Source of the DNA: Thermodesulfobium acidiphilum
GTDB lineage: Bacteria > Thermodesulfobiota > Thermodesulfobiia > Thermodesulfobiales > Thermodesulfobiaceae
NCBI RefSeq assembly: GCF_003057965.1
Contig: NZ_CP020921.1
Location: forward strand, 1-64,000
DNA length: 64,000 bases
Direction: 5' to 3'
Each line of letters begins with the position of its first letter. Position 1 is the stretch's first letter. The notes under the pieces are model-generated. The model made no database searches and had not been told where the DNA came from. It saw only the letters and a program-made list of their open reading frames with translations. The position numbers and the translations under genes were made by a program. Of the stretch, positions 52,565 to 61,398 are shown one piece after another.

Positions 52565-54295
52565 ATGCCCTGGCGTTATTTTATAAATTTTATAAATAGT
52601 TTTTTTGTTTTGTTTTTGTTGATAAGTTTAAGTTCAGTTTCTTTTGCAGCAGAACCTACTCCGACAAGCGGTTATATGAAGGTGACTGCCTTTGCTGTTG
52701 AGGGAAACAAACACGTTGCGACTGAAGATATCCTGTCTGCGGTTCCTTTTAGAATAGGCTCAATAATAACCCCTAATGATGTACAGGAGAGTTTGAAGTC
52801 GATATATGCTCTTGGATATTTTAGCGATGTGAAAGCAAAAACTAAGCCATTTGAAGATGGAGTAGAACTTATTTTCGAGGTTACAGAAAACCCAATTTTG
52901 GAAGGTATTCTTATACAGGGCAATAGTGTGATTCCTACTGATAAAATTTTGAGCATAATGAATTTGCCTACGGGCAAAATATTTAATTATAACGAGATGG
53001 ATAAGGCTCTCAAAAGGGTTGAAGACTATTATGCAAGCCAGGGTTATACTGCGGCAAGAATAATGGATGCCAGTCTTTCTCCTTCAGGACACTTGTTGGT
53101 AACCATAGCAGAAGGGAAAATTCAGGCTATTAAAATTCTTGGTAACCACAAAACAGTAGAACACGTTATTAGAAGGGAGCTAACTGTAAAGCCAGGTGAT
53201 ATATTTAACTACAATAAAGTTAAAGCTGATATAAATAGACTTTATGATATGAATATCTTTAGTGACGTGGGAGTAATGTTTGAGCCCGGGACAAAGCCAG
53301 GCGAGATATTTTTAGATATAGACGTAAAGGAGAAAAAAACAGGCTCTGTCACCTTTGGAGCGGGATATAGTACTGCATATAGCGCTATTGGAATGATAAG
53401 TTTATCTGATAACAATATGTTTGGTAGGGCTCAAACTATGTCTATTGGGTTGCAATTTGGAGCAAAACAATCTTACTATTCAATTAGTTTTTATGATCCT
53501 AATTTCAACGATCACAACATGTCATTTGCTGTTAACCTCTACAATTACAGGACTTATGGTTTGCTAATAGGCGGTTATACCACTGATGAGAAAACAGCTG
53601 GATTTAACATGTCGCTTGGTTTCCCGATTTTTGATAAATATACTAGACAAACTATTACTCCTGGATACGAAAGGGTTCATCTTTCTACGACTGGAACTGT
53701 TAACCCAAGCGATCAATATGATAGGCCTAACGGTTCTTACAGATCTTTGACCTATACTCTATCAAGAGATACTAGAGATCAAACTAGAGATCCTCGTCAG
53801 GGATATTTTGCAAGCGCGAGCATATCTCAGACTAACGGATTCCTTGGAGGTTCTAGTTTGTATTCATTCGAAAAGGTTATAGCGGAATTTAGAGATTATA
53901 TCCCTCTGGACAAATCGAAGGAACATGTTTTTGCTGGAAGGTTAATAGGGGGTACCTCTATAATTCCTTCTGGCAAAATTATGCCAGTTTATTATCAATA
54001 CTATGTTGGTGGTCAGGGAACGGTTAGAGGTATAACAGACAATAAATACTATGGCAGATATTTTGCGGTTGGCAACTTTGAGTACAGATTTCCATTTATA
54101 AGAGGTACCAGAGGTGCTGTGTTTACTGATATTGGAGATGCGTGGGGTGGCAATTCTGCTTGGCCAGATTTCAAACTCCATGCCGGCGTTGGAGTAGGCA
54201 TAATGTTAAACACTCCGTTTGGTCCGGTTCGAATTGATGGTGCTTATTCCTCTAATCATTTTAAGGGATATTTTGGCATGGGAAATCCATTTTAA
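52565..54295 (+). CDS. bamA: Omp85/BamA outer-membrane assembly factor (3 POTRA domains)
   Basis: Signal peptide from ATG 52565 (GAGGGG RBS), three POTRA repeats, GG..TVRG, TPFGPVRID, terminal Phe. Confidence 0.9.
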   Translation: MPWRYFINFINSFFVLFLLISLSSVSFAAEPTPTSGYMKVTAFAVEGNKHVATEDILSAVPFRIGSIITPNDVQESLKSIYALGYFSDVKAKTKPFEDGVELIFEVTENPILEGILIQGNSVIPTDKILSIMNLPTGKIFNYNEMDKALKRVEDYYASQGYTAARIMDASLSPSGHLLVTIAEGKIQAIKILGNHKTVEHVIRRELTVKPGDIFNYNKVKADINRLYDMNIFSDVGVMFEPGTKPGEIFLDIDVKEKKTGSVTFGAGYSTAYSAIGMISLSDNNMFGRAQTMSIGLQFGAKQSYYSISFYDPNFNDHNMSFAVNLYNYRTYGLLIGGYTTDEKTAGFNMSLGFPIFDKYTRQTITPGYERVHLSTTGTVNPSDQYDRPNGSYRSLTYTLSRDTRDQTRDPRQGYFASASISQTNGFLGGSSLYSFEKVIAEFRDYIPLDKSKEHVFAGRLIGGTSIIPSGKIMPVYYQYYVGGQGTVRGITDNKYYGRYFAVGNFEYRFPFIRGTRGAVFTDIGDAWGGNSAWPDFKLHAGVGVGIMLNTPFGPVRIDGAYSSNHFKGYFGMGNPF

Positions 54296-54409
54296 GGTGG
54301 TTAGCCGTTTTGTTTAAAAATGTCGGTAATCAATTAGCGATGAAGAGTAAAGGGTGCCTATAAATTGTCTTGCGGTAGTAGTTTGCTGAATATAAAAGGA
54401 GGGCTTTAC

Positions 54410-54886
54410 TTGAAGAAGAGTTTGTTATTGTTTGTTTGTGCAATTTTAGTTTTGTTTACATTTCAAACTAAGGCGATGGCAAAAGACAATGTAATTGCTT
54501 ATATTGATCTTGTAAGAGTTGAGGCTGGAGTAAACGAGTTAAAACCTCTTATTGATCAAAAGAATCAGGTTGAAATCCAGTTTGAACAACTAAGAAATCA
54601 AAAGCAACAAGAATTTGCTCAAGCTCAAGCATCAGGAGAATCTCAAGAACAGTTAAAAAAGTTGTACGATCAGATCAACCAGGAGCTTGCTGCTAAAGAA
54701 AAAGAAGTAGAGGCTGCAAGGGCTGCTATAGATGCAAAGCTGCAAACTGTACTCCCCAAAATTAAGAATGCTATTGATTCTGTAGCAAAGCAAGTTGGAG
54801 CTTCGATAGTTTTGGATAACGCTATCGTTTGGTGGGGAGGCGTAGATATTACTGATCAGGTAATAGCTAAGGTGAATGGTCAGTAA
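54410..54886 (+). CDS. skp: Periplasmic chaperone OmpH/Skp
   Basis: Signal peptide, IAYID, coiled coil, DITDQVI; TTG 54410 after AGGAGG; between bamA and lpxD. Confidence 0.9.
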   Translation: MKKSLLLFVCAILVLFTFQTKAMAKDNVIAYIDLVRVEAGVNELKPLIDQKNQVEIQFEQLRNQKQQEFAQAQASGESQEQLKKLYDQINQELAAKEKEVEAARAAIDAKLQTVLPKIKNAIDSVAKQVGASIVLDNAIVWWGGVDITDQVIAKVNGQ

Positions 54887-55916
54887 ACTTTTATCTGAAA
54901 TAGCTAAAGAAGTTGGCGGAGTATTAAGAGGTGAAGATTTAGAAGTTACCGATATTAAACCTCTTAATATAGCGCTTGAGAAAGATCTAAGCTTTGTTTT
55001 AGATAAAGCTAACTCTGAGGCATCCCGGTTCTCTAAGGCGGGTGCCTTTCTTTGTTATAGAGGTTTTGAATCAGACAGGGCTACTATTGAGGTTGATTTG
55101 CCAAAATTGGCGTTGTCAAAGGTTCTTAATATCTTTTACCCAAGAAATTTTAGAGAACCCTTAATTCACACGAGTTCTGTAATATCCGAAGGGGCTAAAA
55201 TTTCTAGTAAGGCATATGTTGGACCATATTGTGTTATAGAGGATGGAGCTGTTATAGAGGATATGGTTGAGCTTGTTGCCTTTATTTATGTAGGCAAAGA
55301 TGTCTATATAGGTAAAGGCACAAGGATATTTCCATTTGTATGCATTAGAGAAAAGTGTAGAATTGGTGAAAATTGTGTAATCCAAGCAGGAGCAACTATA
55401 GGAAATGACGGCTTTGGTTATGCTACTGACTCTTACGGTCATCACACGTGGATTCCTCAAATAGGTGGCGTTTCAATAGGTAGTGAAGTAGATATAGGTT
55501 CGAACACTACCATAGATAGGGGATCGTTTGTTGATACCATTATAAAAGACAATGTTAAGGTTGACAATTTAGTTCAAATTGCTCATAACTGTATCCTTGA
55601 AAAAAGCGTTATTCTTGTTTCTATGGTTGGTTTATCTGGATCTGTTCACGTTAAAGAAAATGCTGTTCTTGCTGGTAAAGTAGGAGTAAAGGATCACTTG
55701 ACAATTGGGAAGGGTGCTACAGTTCTTGCAAAATCAGGCCTTATGAAAGATGTTCCAGATGGTTCAACTGTTATGGGATATCCGGCGAGACATTACATAG
55801 ATTTTTTCAAAGAGAGGATATTAATAGAAAGGCTTCCTGAAATTGAAAAGAGAATTAAAAAACTGGAAGAACAAATTGAGATTTTAAAGTGCCAGGATAA
55901 ATCAGAAGAAGTATAA
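54876..55916 (+). CDS. lpxD: UDP-3-O-acylglucosamine N-acyltransferase LpxD
   Basis: Hexapeptide repeats, DGFGY, IPQIG, IDRG, DNLVQIAHN, GYPA. Confidence 0.96.
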   Translation: MVSKLLSEIAKEVGGVLRGEDLEVTDIKPLNIALEKDLSFVLDKANSEASRFSKAGAFLCYRGFESDRATIEVDLPKLALSKVLNIFYPRNFREPLIHTSSVISEGAKISSKAYVGPYCVIEDGAVIEDMVELVAFIYVGKDVYIGKGTRIFPFVCIREKCRIGENCVIQAGATIGNDGFGYATDSYGHHTWIPQIGGVSIGSEVDIGSNTTIDRGSFVDTIIKDNVKVDNLVQIAHNCILEKSVILVSMVGLSGSVHVKENAVLAGKVGVKDHLTIGKGATVLAKSGLMKDVPDGSTVMGYPARHYIDFFKERILIERLPEIEKRIKKLEEQIEILKCQDKSEEV

Positions 55917-55972
55917 TTAAATATAATATTTATGTAAAACTTGTGAAATAATTTGCATTTTTAGGAGGAAAA

Positions 55973-56437
55973 GTGAAAAAATTAATAATTTTAAAGTGTT
56001 TTTTTGTTATTACAGCTTTAATTTTGTTATCTATGACTTCTTTTTCTCAGGATGCCTTCTCGTCTAATCTTGTAGAAGAGTACCCAAACGCTTCAGTTGA
56101 TTGGGGCAAAAATCAGATAACTGCTATAGGCTTTGGAGTGGGAGGTTTTAATAGCACTGATCCATTTAAAAGTTCGTATGAGGCGGCAATGAATAATGCA
56201 AAAGAAAGAATGATCTCTGTAGTAATGATGCTAAAGGACTCGAATGGGGTAAGTTTAAAGCATTTTCTGTCTAATCCTGAAAATATGAACAAGCTAAAAG
56301 CCTGGATTGAAACTCTTGACATTAAGGTTCTAAAATATTCGGACAATAGCGTTAAAGTTATATTAACTGGAACTTTGAAAGATGAACCAGATTCTTTAGA
56401 AAAAGCACTTGGAGTTGAGCTGCAATCTCCAAATTAA
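55973..56437 (+). CDS. Exported hypothetical protein (possibly LPP20-like)
   Basis: AGGAGG RBS, GTG start, signal peptide, VDW...ITAIGFG...AAMNNAKE. Confidence 0.7.
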   Translation: MKKLIILKCFFVITALILLSMTSFSQDAFSSNLVEEYPNASVDWGKNQITAIGFGVGGFNSTDPFKSSYEAAMNNAKERMISVVMMLKDSNGVSLKHFLSNPENMNKLKAWIETLDIKVLKYSDNSVKVILTGTLKDEPDSLEKALGVELQSPN

Positions 56438-57219
56438 ATAGAGCAATCTTTGAAGGTATTGGAATTCATACCGGTAAAACTTGTAAGGTTATGGTTTATC
56501 CATCGAATGGGGGACTCTGGATAAAAAAGGGCGATATGCTTTTTTCGAATCTTCATGACATGATTGTACCTTCTGAAAACGCAACTGTTTTGGAAAACGA
56601 CTACTTAAGGCTCTCGACTGTTGAGCATCTTTTGTGTGCTCTTGCAATGTTAAACGTTAATGATGCGGTAATTGAGATTTTGGACGGGGAAGAGGTCCCG
56701 ATTTTAGACGGAAGTGCTATAAAATTTTATAAAGATCTATCTGATATCTTTTCAAAAAAGTATAAGAAAAATATCTTAAGATCAATTAAGCAACCAATAT
56801 TTTATATAGAAGACGAATCTTTTGTTTATATGTTCCCGTATAAAAGGTTTGAGGTTAGAGTTTATCTGGACTATACCTCTAAGGGGCTTGGTCTTCTTAG
56901 CGACGAGTTTATCCTGGGACGAGATAAGAGAGAATCCATTTTAAACGCAAGAACTTTCGGATTTCTCTCAGATTATGAATTGTTAAAATCAAAGGGAAAA
57001 GCGCTTGGGGCAAACTTTGACAATGTGCTTGTATTCGATAACAAGGGAAGGTCATTAAAGAAGATGAGAAGTTTGAAGGAAGTGCAAAGACACAAAATCC
57101 TTGATTTTATTGGAGATCTTTACCTTAACGGTTTTTTACCACGTGCGCAGATAGTGGCTGTTAAACCTGGACATAAAATAAACGCTAAAGTAAGCAAGAT
57201 GATAAATTCGTTCGTATAG
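56425..57219 (+). CDS. lpxC: UDP-3-O-acyl-GlcNAc deacetylase LpxC (start uncertain; first ATG at 56491 lies downstream of conserved N-terminal motif)
   Basis: GIGIHTG at 56455-56475 in frame, TVEHLL, EVPILDGSA, ARTFG, RHKILDFIGDL, GH. Confidence 0.9.
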   Translation: MSKLNRAIFEGIGIHTGKTCKVMVYPSNGGLWIKKGDMLFSNLHDMIVPSENATVLENDYLRLSTVEHLLCALAMLNVNDAVIEILDGEEVPILDGSAIKFYKDLSDIFSKKYKKNILRSIKQPIFYIEDESFVYMFPYKRFEVRVYLDYTSKGLGLLSDEFILGRDKRESILNARTFGFLSDYELLKSKGKALGANFDNVLVFDNKGRSLKKMRSLKEVQRHKILDFIGDLYLNGFLPRAQIVAVKPGHKINAKVSKMINSFV

Positions 57220-57254
57220 ATTAGATTAACCAGATATAAAGAGGAGGTATTGTT

Positions 57255-57680
57255 TTGTACGATATAAACGACATTATGAAGGTTTTGCCCCATAGATATC
57301 CAATGCTTTTGGTTGAAAAGATACTTGAATTAGAGCCAAACGTTAGAGCAGTCGGTTTAAAAAACGTTTCAAATAACGATCCGTATTTAGTAGGACATTT
57401 TCCAGATAATCCTATTTTTCCAGGAGTTCTTATGGTTGAAGCAATGGCTCAGGTTGCAGGATTTCTGTCTCTTGTATCTCTGAAAAAGGAAGGAACAATT
57501 GCGTTTTTTAGCTCTGTCGAAAGGGCAAAATTTAGAAAAGTTGTAAGGCCAGGTGATACGCTTATTATGGAAGCTAAGGTAACGAAGGTAAAGTTGCCGT
57601 TTTGTAAGATGAGCTGTACTGCTAAGGTTGAGGATAAATTGGTGTGCGAAGCAGAACTTATGTTTTATCTTCCAAAATAA
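57255..57680 (+). CDS. fabZ: 3-hydroxyacyl-ACP dehydratase FabZ
   Basis: LPHRYP, GHFP..PIFPGVLMVEAMAQ, FRKVVRPGD. Confidence 0.98.
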   Translation: MYDINDIMKVLPHRYPMLLVEKILELEPNVRAVGLKNVSNNDPYLVGHFPDNPIFPGVLMVEAMAQVAGFLSLVSLKKEGTIAFFSSVERAKFRKVVRPGDTLIMEAKVTKVKLPFCKMSCTAKVEDKLVCEAELMFYLPK

Positions 57681-57681
57681 T

Positions 57682-58467
57682 ATGATTAGAGTTCATTCTA
57701 CCTCAATAGTATCGCCTAAAGCTATAGTAGGAGAGGGAGTTGAAATTGGCCCCTTTTGTATTGTTGATGACGATGTTGTAATTGGAGACAATACCCGTTT
57801 AGCTAATAATGTCCTACTCAAAAATGGTACTAGAATTGGCAAGAGCTGCTATATATCTACTGGTTCTTGTCTAGGGCAAGAACCTCAGGATTTCCACTTT
57901 AAAGGTGAAAAAAGTTTTGTAAGAATTGCTGATAACGTTACTATAAGAGAATATGTAGTTATACACAAGGCTACAGGTGAAGGAGAAGAAACATACGTTG
58001 GTGAAAACTCTTATCTAATGTGTTTTACTCACCTTGGTCATAATGCAAAAGTTTATGAGAATTGCACGTTAGCTGCATATGTGGTGCTGGGAGGCCATGT
58101 AGTTGTAGAAAGGGAGGCATTTTTAGGTGGGGCTTCTGCATTTCATCAGTTTGTAAGAGTAGGAAGGATGTGTATGGTAGGCGGGCTTGCAAAGGTAGTT
58201 CAAGACATCCCCCCGTTTGTGATGTGTGACGGAAATCCTGCAAGGCCAAAGGGATTAAACCTGGTAGCTTTAAGGAGAAATAATTTTTCTCAGGAAAAAA
58301 TAAGCGCAATAAAAAGAATATATAAGATTTTAGTAGAGGAGGTTCACTCAAAAGAAGAATTGATAGAAATCTTAAAACGTGACTTTTCAAAATATGAGGA
58401 ACATAAAGATTTTGTTGATTTTATTATAAAAAGCAAAAGGGGTTTTAGGCGTGTTCAAGATAAATGA
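57682..58467 (+). CDS. lpxA: UDP-GlcNAc O-acyltransferase LpxA
   Basis: Hexapeptide repeats, PQD, IRE, H.GH, HQF.RVG, QDIPPF, GLN; ATG 57682 just after fabZ stop. Confidence 0.96.
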   Translation: MIRVHSTSIVSPKAIVGEGVEIGPFCIVDDDVVIGDNTRLANNVLLKNGTRIGKSCYISTGSCLGQEPQDFHFKGEKSFVRIADNVTIREYVVIHKATGEGEETYVGENSYLMCFTHLGHNAKVYENCTLAAYVVLGGHVVVEREAFLGGASAFHQFVRVGRMCMVGGLAKVVQDIPPFVMCDGNPARPKGLNLVALRRNNFSQEKISAIKRIYKILVEEVHSKEELIEILKRDFSKYEEHKDFVDFIIKSKRGFRRVQDK

Positions 58468-59260
58468 TGTAGAAATTGGCGGTAAAGATTTGTTTTTTAT
58501 ATTAGGACCATGTGTTATTGAAAGCGAAGAACATGTAATAAAAATGGCAAACATTATTAAAGAAATTTCAAAATCACTTAATATACGGGTGATATTCAAG
58601 AGTTCTTATGACAAAGCAAATAGGACTTCTCTTTTTTCCTATAGAGGACCTGGAATTAAAGAGGGATTACGAATTTTAGAGAGAGTAAAAAAAGAAGTAG
58701 GGTTGCCAATAACTACTGATGTACATAACATAGAAGAAGTGACCCTTGCCTCAAATGTTGTTGATTTAATTCAATTACCTGCGTTTTTATGTAGACAAAC
58801 TGATCTGCTCGTGTCTGCAGGAAAAGCAAAAAAACCTGTAAACATCAAAAAGGGGCAATTTGTCGCACCCCACTCTATTGGCCCTATGATTGAAAAGGTG
58901 AAATCTGCTGGGGAAGAAAGAGTTTGTATTACGGAAAGAGGATATACCTTCGGGTATAATAATTTGGTTGTAGATATGAGGTCAATTCAAATAATGAAAT
59001 CATTTAATATACCAGTTATATTTGATGCAACTCATAGCGTTCAATTACCTGGCGGCTTAGGGGATTCTTCTGGAGGAGAAAGACAATTTGTTCCTACTCT
59101 TGCTCGGGCTGCTGTAGCGGCTGGTGCTGATGGTATATTTATGGAATGTCATGATTGTCCTGAATGTGCTCTTTGTGATGGGCCAAATTCAATACCAGTT
59201 AACGAGGTTGAAGGCTTATTAAGGAGTCTTATTGCGATTAAGGGGGTTATAAATTCCTAA
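58451..59260 (+). CDS. kdsA: KDO 8-phosphate synthase
   Basis: GPCVIES, DKANRTS, PAFLCRQTD, ERG, FDATHSVQ. Confidence 0.97.
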   Translation: MFKINDVEIGGKDLFFILGPCVIESEEHVIKMANIIKEISKSLNIRVIFKSSYDKANRTSLFSYRGPGIKEGLRILERVKKEVGLPITTDVHNIEEVTLASNVVDLIQLPAFLCRQTDLLVSAGKAKKPVNIKKGQFVAPHSIGPMIEKVKSAGEERVCITERGYTFGYNNLVVDMRSIQIMKSFNIPVIFDATHSVQLPGGLGDSSGGERQFVPTLARAAVAAGADGIFMECHDCPECALCDGPNSIPVNEVEGLLRSLIAIKGVINS

Positions 59261-59314
59261 GATAATTATGGGGTATTTATTTGATTTAACCCTTTAAATT
59301 TTTTGGAGGAACTT

Positions 59315-60286
59315 ATGGACAAAGAAGATATTTTGTCGCTTGCCAAAGAAGTTTGCTTTATTGAAAAAGAAAGCGTGGAGCAACTGTGTAATAAAATTGA
59401 TAAATCGTTTTTAGATGCCATTGACCTTATTCTTAGTTGTGAAGGAAGAGTAATAATTACAGGAATGGGAAAATCTGGGATCATTGGAAGGAAAATTGCA
59501 GCGACTCTTTCAAGTACAGGCACCCCATCTTTATTTTTACATCCTGCTGAAGGTATTCACGGCGATCTAGGCATGGTTACTGGTAAAGATCTTGTAGTTG
59601 CGATATCTTATAGTGGTGAAAATACGGAACTTATTACAATATTGCCCGTTTTAAAAAGGATTGGAGTTAAAGTAATTGCTATGACAGGCAATCTAACCTC
59701 GACATTGTCTACATTTGCAGATATTGTTCTTGATATAGGCGTAAAAAAGGAAGCCTGTCCTTATAATATTGTTCCCACCTCTTCTACAACAGTAACTTTG
59801 GTCCTTGGAGATGCCATTGCAATTTGCCTTTTAAAATTAAGAAATTTCAGGCCTCAAGATTTTGCACTATTTCATCCGGGAGGCGCGCTTGGCAGGAGCT
59901 TGATAACCAGGGTGTGTGATCTTATGCACAAGGGTGAAGAAAATCCTGTAGTTTCTCTTGAAACTGTTGTTAGAGAAGCCCTCTTTGAGATAAGCAAAAA
60001 GGGTCTTGGGGCAGTTTCTGTTGTAGATAAGAACGGCATATTAAAAGGCATTATAACTGATGGTGATATAAGGAGAAAGATAGAAATTGACGATATGTTT
60101 TTGAAGAGGCGCACGGAAGAAGTAATGACAAAAAATCCAGTTTATATTAATAAAAACCGCTTAGCTACTGAAGCGCTTAAGATTTTACAGGATAAAAAAA
60201 TAAACTTATTGCCAGTTGTAAATAGGAATTTAAAAGTAGTGGGGATGATTCATTTGCACGATATTTTAAAAGCTGGCATAGTGTAG
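59315..60286 (+). CDS. kdsD: Arabinose-5-phosphate isomerase (KdsD/KpsF; SIS + CBS)
   Basis: GMGKSG, HGDLG, PTSST, HPGGALG, CBS pair TDGD; ATG 59315 after GGAGG. Confidence 0.96.
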   Translation: MDKEDILSLAKEVCFIEKESVEQLCNKIDKSFLDAIDLILSCEGRVIITGMGKSGIIGRKIAATLSSTGTPSLFLHPAEGIHGDLGMVTGKDLVVAISYSGENTELITILPVLKRIGVKVIAMTGNLTSTLSTFADIVLDIGVKKEACPYNIVPTSSTTVTLVLGDAIAICLLKLRNFRPQDFALFHPGGALGRSLITRVCDLMHKGEENPVVSLETVVREALFEISKKGLGAVSVVDKNGILKGIITDGDIRRKIEIDDMFLKRRTEEVMTKNPVYINKNRLATEALKILQDKKINLLPVVNRNLKVVGMIHLHDILKAGIV

Positions 60287-60356
60287 ATCTTTTAAACATT
60301 TGATAAAATTAACAAATGTGATCAGTTTTTAAATGAGTAAAAAAGGAGTTATACAG

Positions 60357-60881
60357 ATGAGCCTGGAAGATAGGATCAAAAATATTAAATTAATGGGTTT
60401 TGACGTAGACGGCGTTCTAACAGATGGGAGCATATTGTTAACACCGGATGACGAAATAAAGATTTTTAACGTTAAAGATGGTCTTGGCATAACGATGGCA
60501 AGGAAATTAGGGTTCATAATTATATTTATTAGTGGCAGAAAGTCTTTATCTCTTGAGAAAAGAGCAAAAGAATTAAAAGTAGACTATCTCATAACAGATT
60601 GTGATGATAAGATATCAGAACTTAGTAAGATTTTAGAAGAATTAAATATGGATTATGAAAACCTCGCTTATATGGGTGATGACTATAACGATCTTTCACT
60701 ATTAGAAATTTGTGGCGTTAGCGCATGCCCAGGCGATGCACTTGAAGCTGTGAAAGAGCGCGTAGATATGGTTATTGAAGATTTTGGCGGCAAGGGTGCG
60801 GTCAGATCCTTTATTGAGAAGATATTGAGAGTTCAAAACAAGTTAGATCAGGGAATCAAATTTTATTTTAAAGATTATTAA
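60357..60881 (+). CDS. kdsC: KDO 8-phosphate phosphatase
   Basis: HAD DVDGVLTDG, FNVKDG, MGDDYND, GGKGAVR. Confidence 0.95.
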   Translation: MSLEDRIKNIKLMGFDVDGVLTDGSILLTPDDEIKIFNVKDGLGITMARKLGFIIIFISGRKSLSLEKRAKELKVDYLITDCDDKISELSKILEELNMDYENLAYMGDDYNDLSLLEICGVSACPGDALEAVKERVDMVIEDFGGKGAVRSFIEKILRVQNKLDQGIKFYFKDY

Positions 60882-60883
60882 AG

Positions 60884-61381
60884 GTGTATAAAAAACTTTT
60901 GCTAATAATAATTTTAATTTTTGCACTTTTTGCATTTTTAGCCTTATTTACCAATTTTTTAATTCTACACAAAGGCAGTGTTTTAAATAAAAATAATAGC
61001 GAAAATTTAATGAGTAGTTTTCAAGATATTCAGCTGCCTTTCAAAATAATGGCCAAAAATGTTTATGATACTCCAAATGAGATTATTGGGGAAGATTTTG
61101 AAATGAACTATAACAAGAAGGAGTCACTTTTTATCACCGGGGAAAAGGCTGTTTATGACAAAAAGACTAAGATAATTGATATTATATCTGGAACTATTTC
61201 TTTCAACGATTATATAATGTACTTTAAGTCGGGATATTTTAATACTAATAATGATACTTTGAATTGCATGGATTTTAGTCTAAGGGGCAAAGACGAACAA
61301 ATGAGTTCAAGAACTGCTATTATTGATTTTGCGCACAAAAAACTAGTTGCACAGGATGCAGTAATTAAAAGCCTAAAATAA
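60884..61381 (+). CDS. LptC-like membrane-anchored beta-rich protein
   Basis: Single N-terminal TM, beta-strand-rich body, canonical position after kdsC. Confidence 0.55.
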   Translation: MYKKLLLIIILIFALFAFLALFTNFLILHKGSVLNKNNSENLMSSFQDIQLPFKIMAKNVYDTPNEIIGEDFEMNYNKKESLFITGEKAVYDKKTKIIDIISGTISFNDYIMYFKSGYFNTNNDTLNCMDFSLRGKDEQMSSRTAIIDFAHKKLVAQDAVIKSLK

Positions 61382-61398
61382 TTTAAATTTAAAAATCT

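Noticed and set aside
54296..54409. Possible structured RNA between bamA and skp
   Set aside because: Only a weak imperfect stem and no recognisable riboswitch or sRNA motif
55941..55958. Rex-like site TTGTGAA-ATAA-TTTGCAT
   Set aside because: Right arm matches only 4 of 7 positions and the downstream genes are not typical Rex targets
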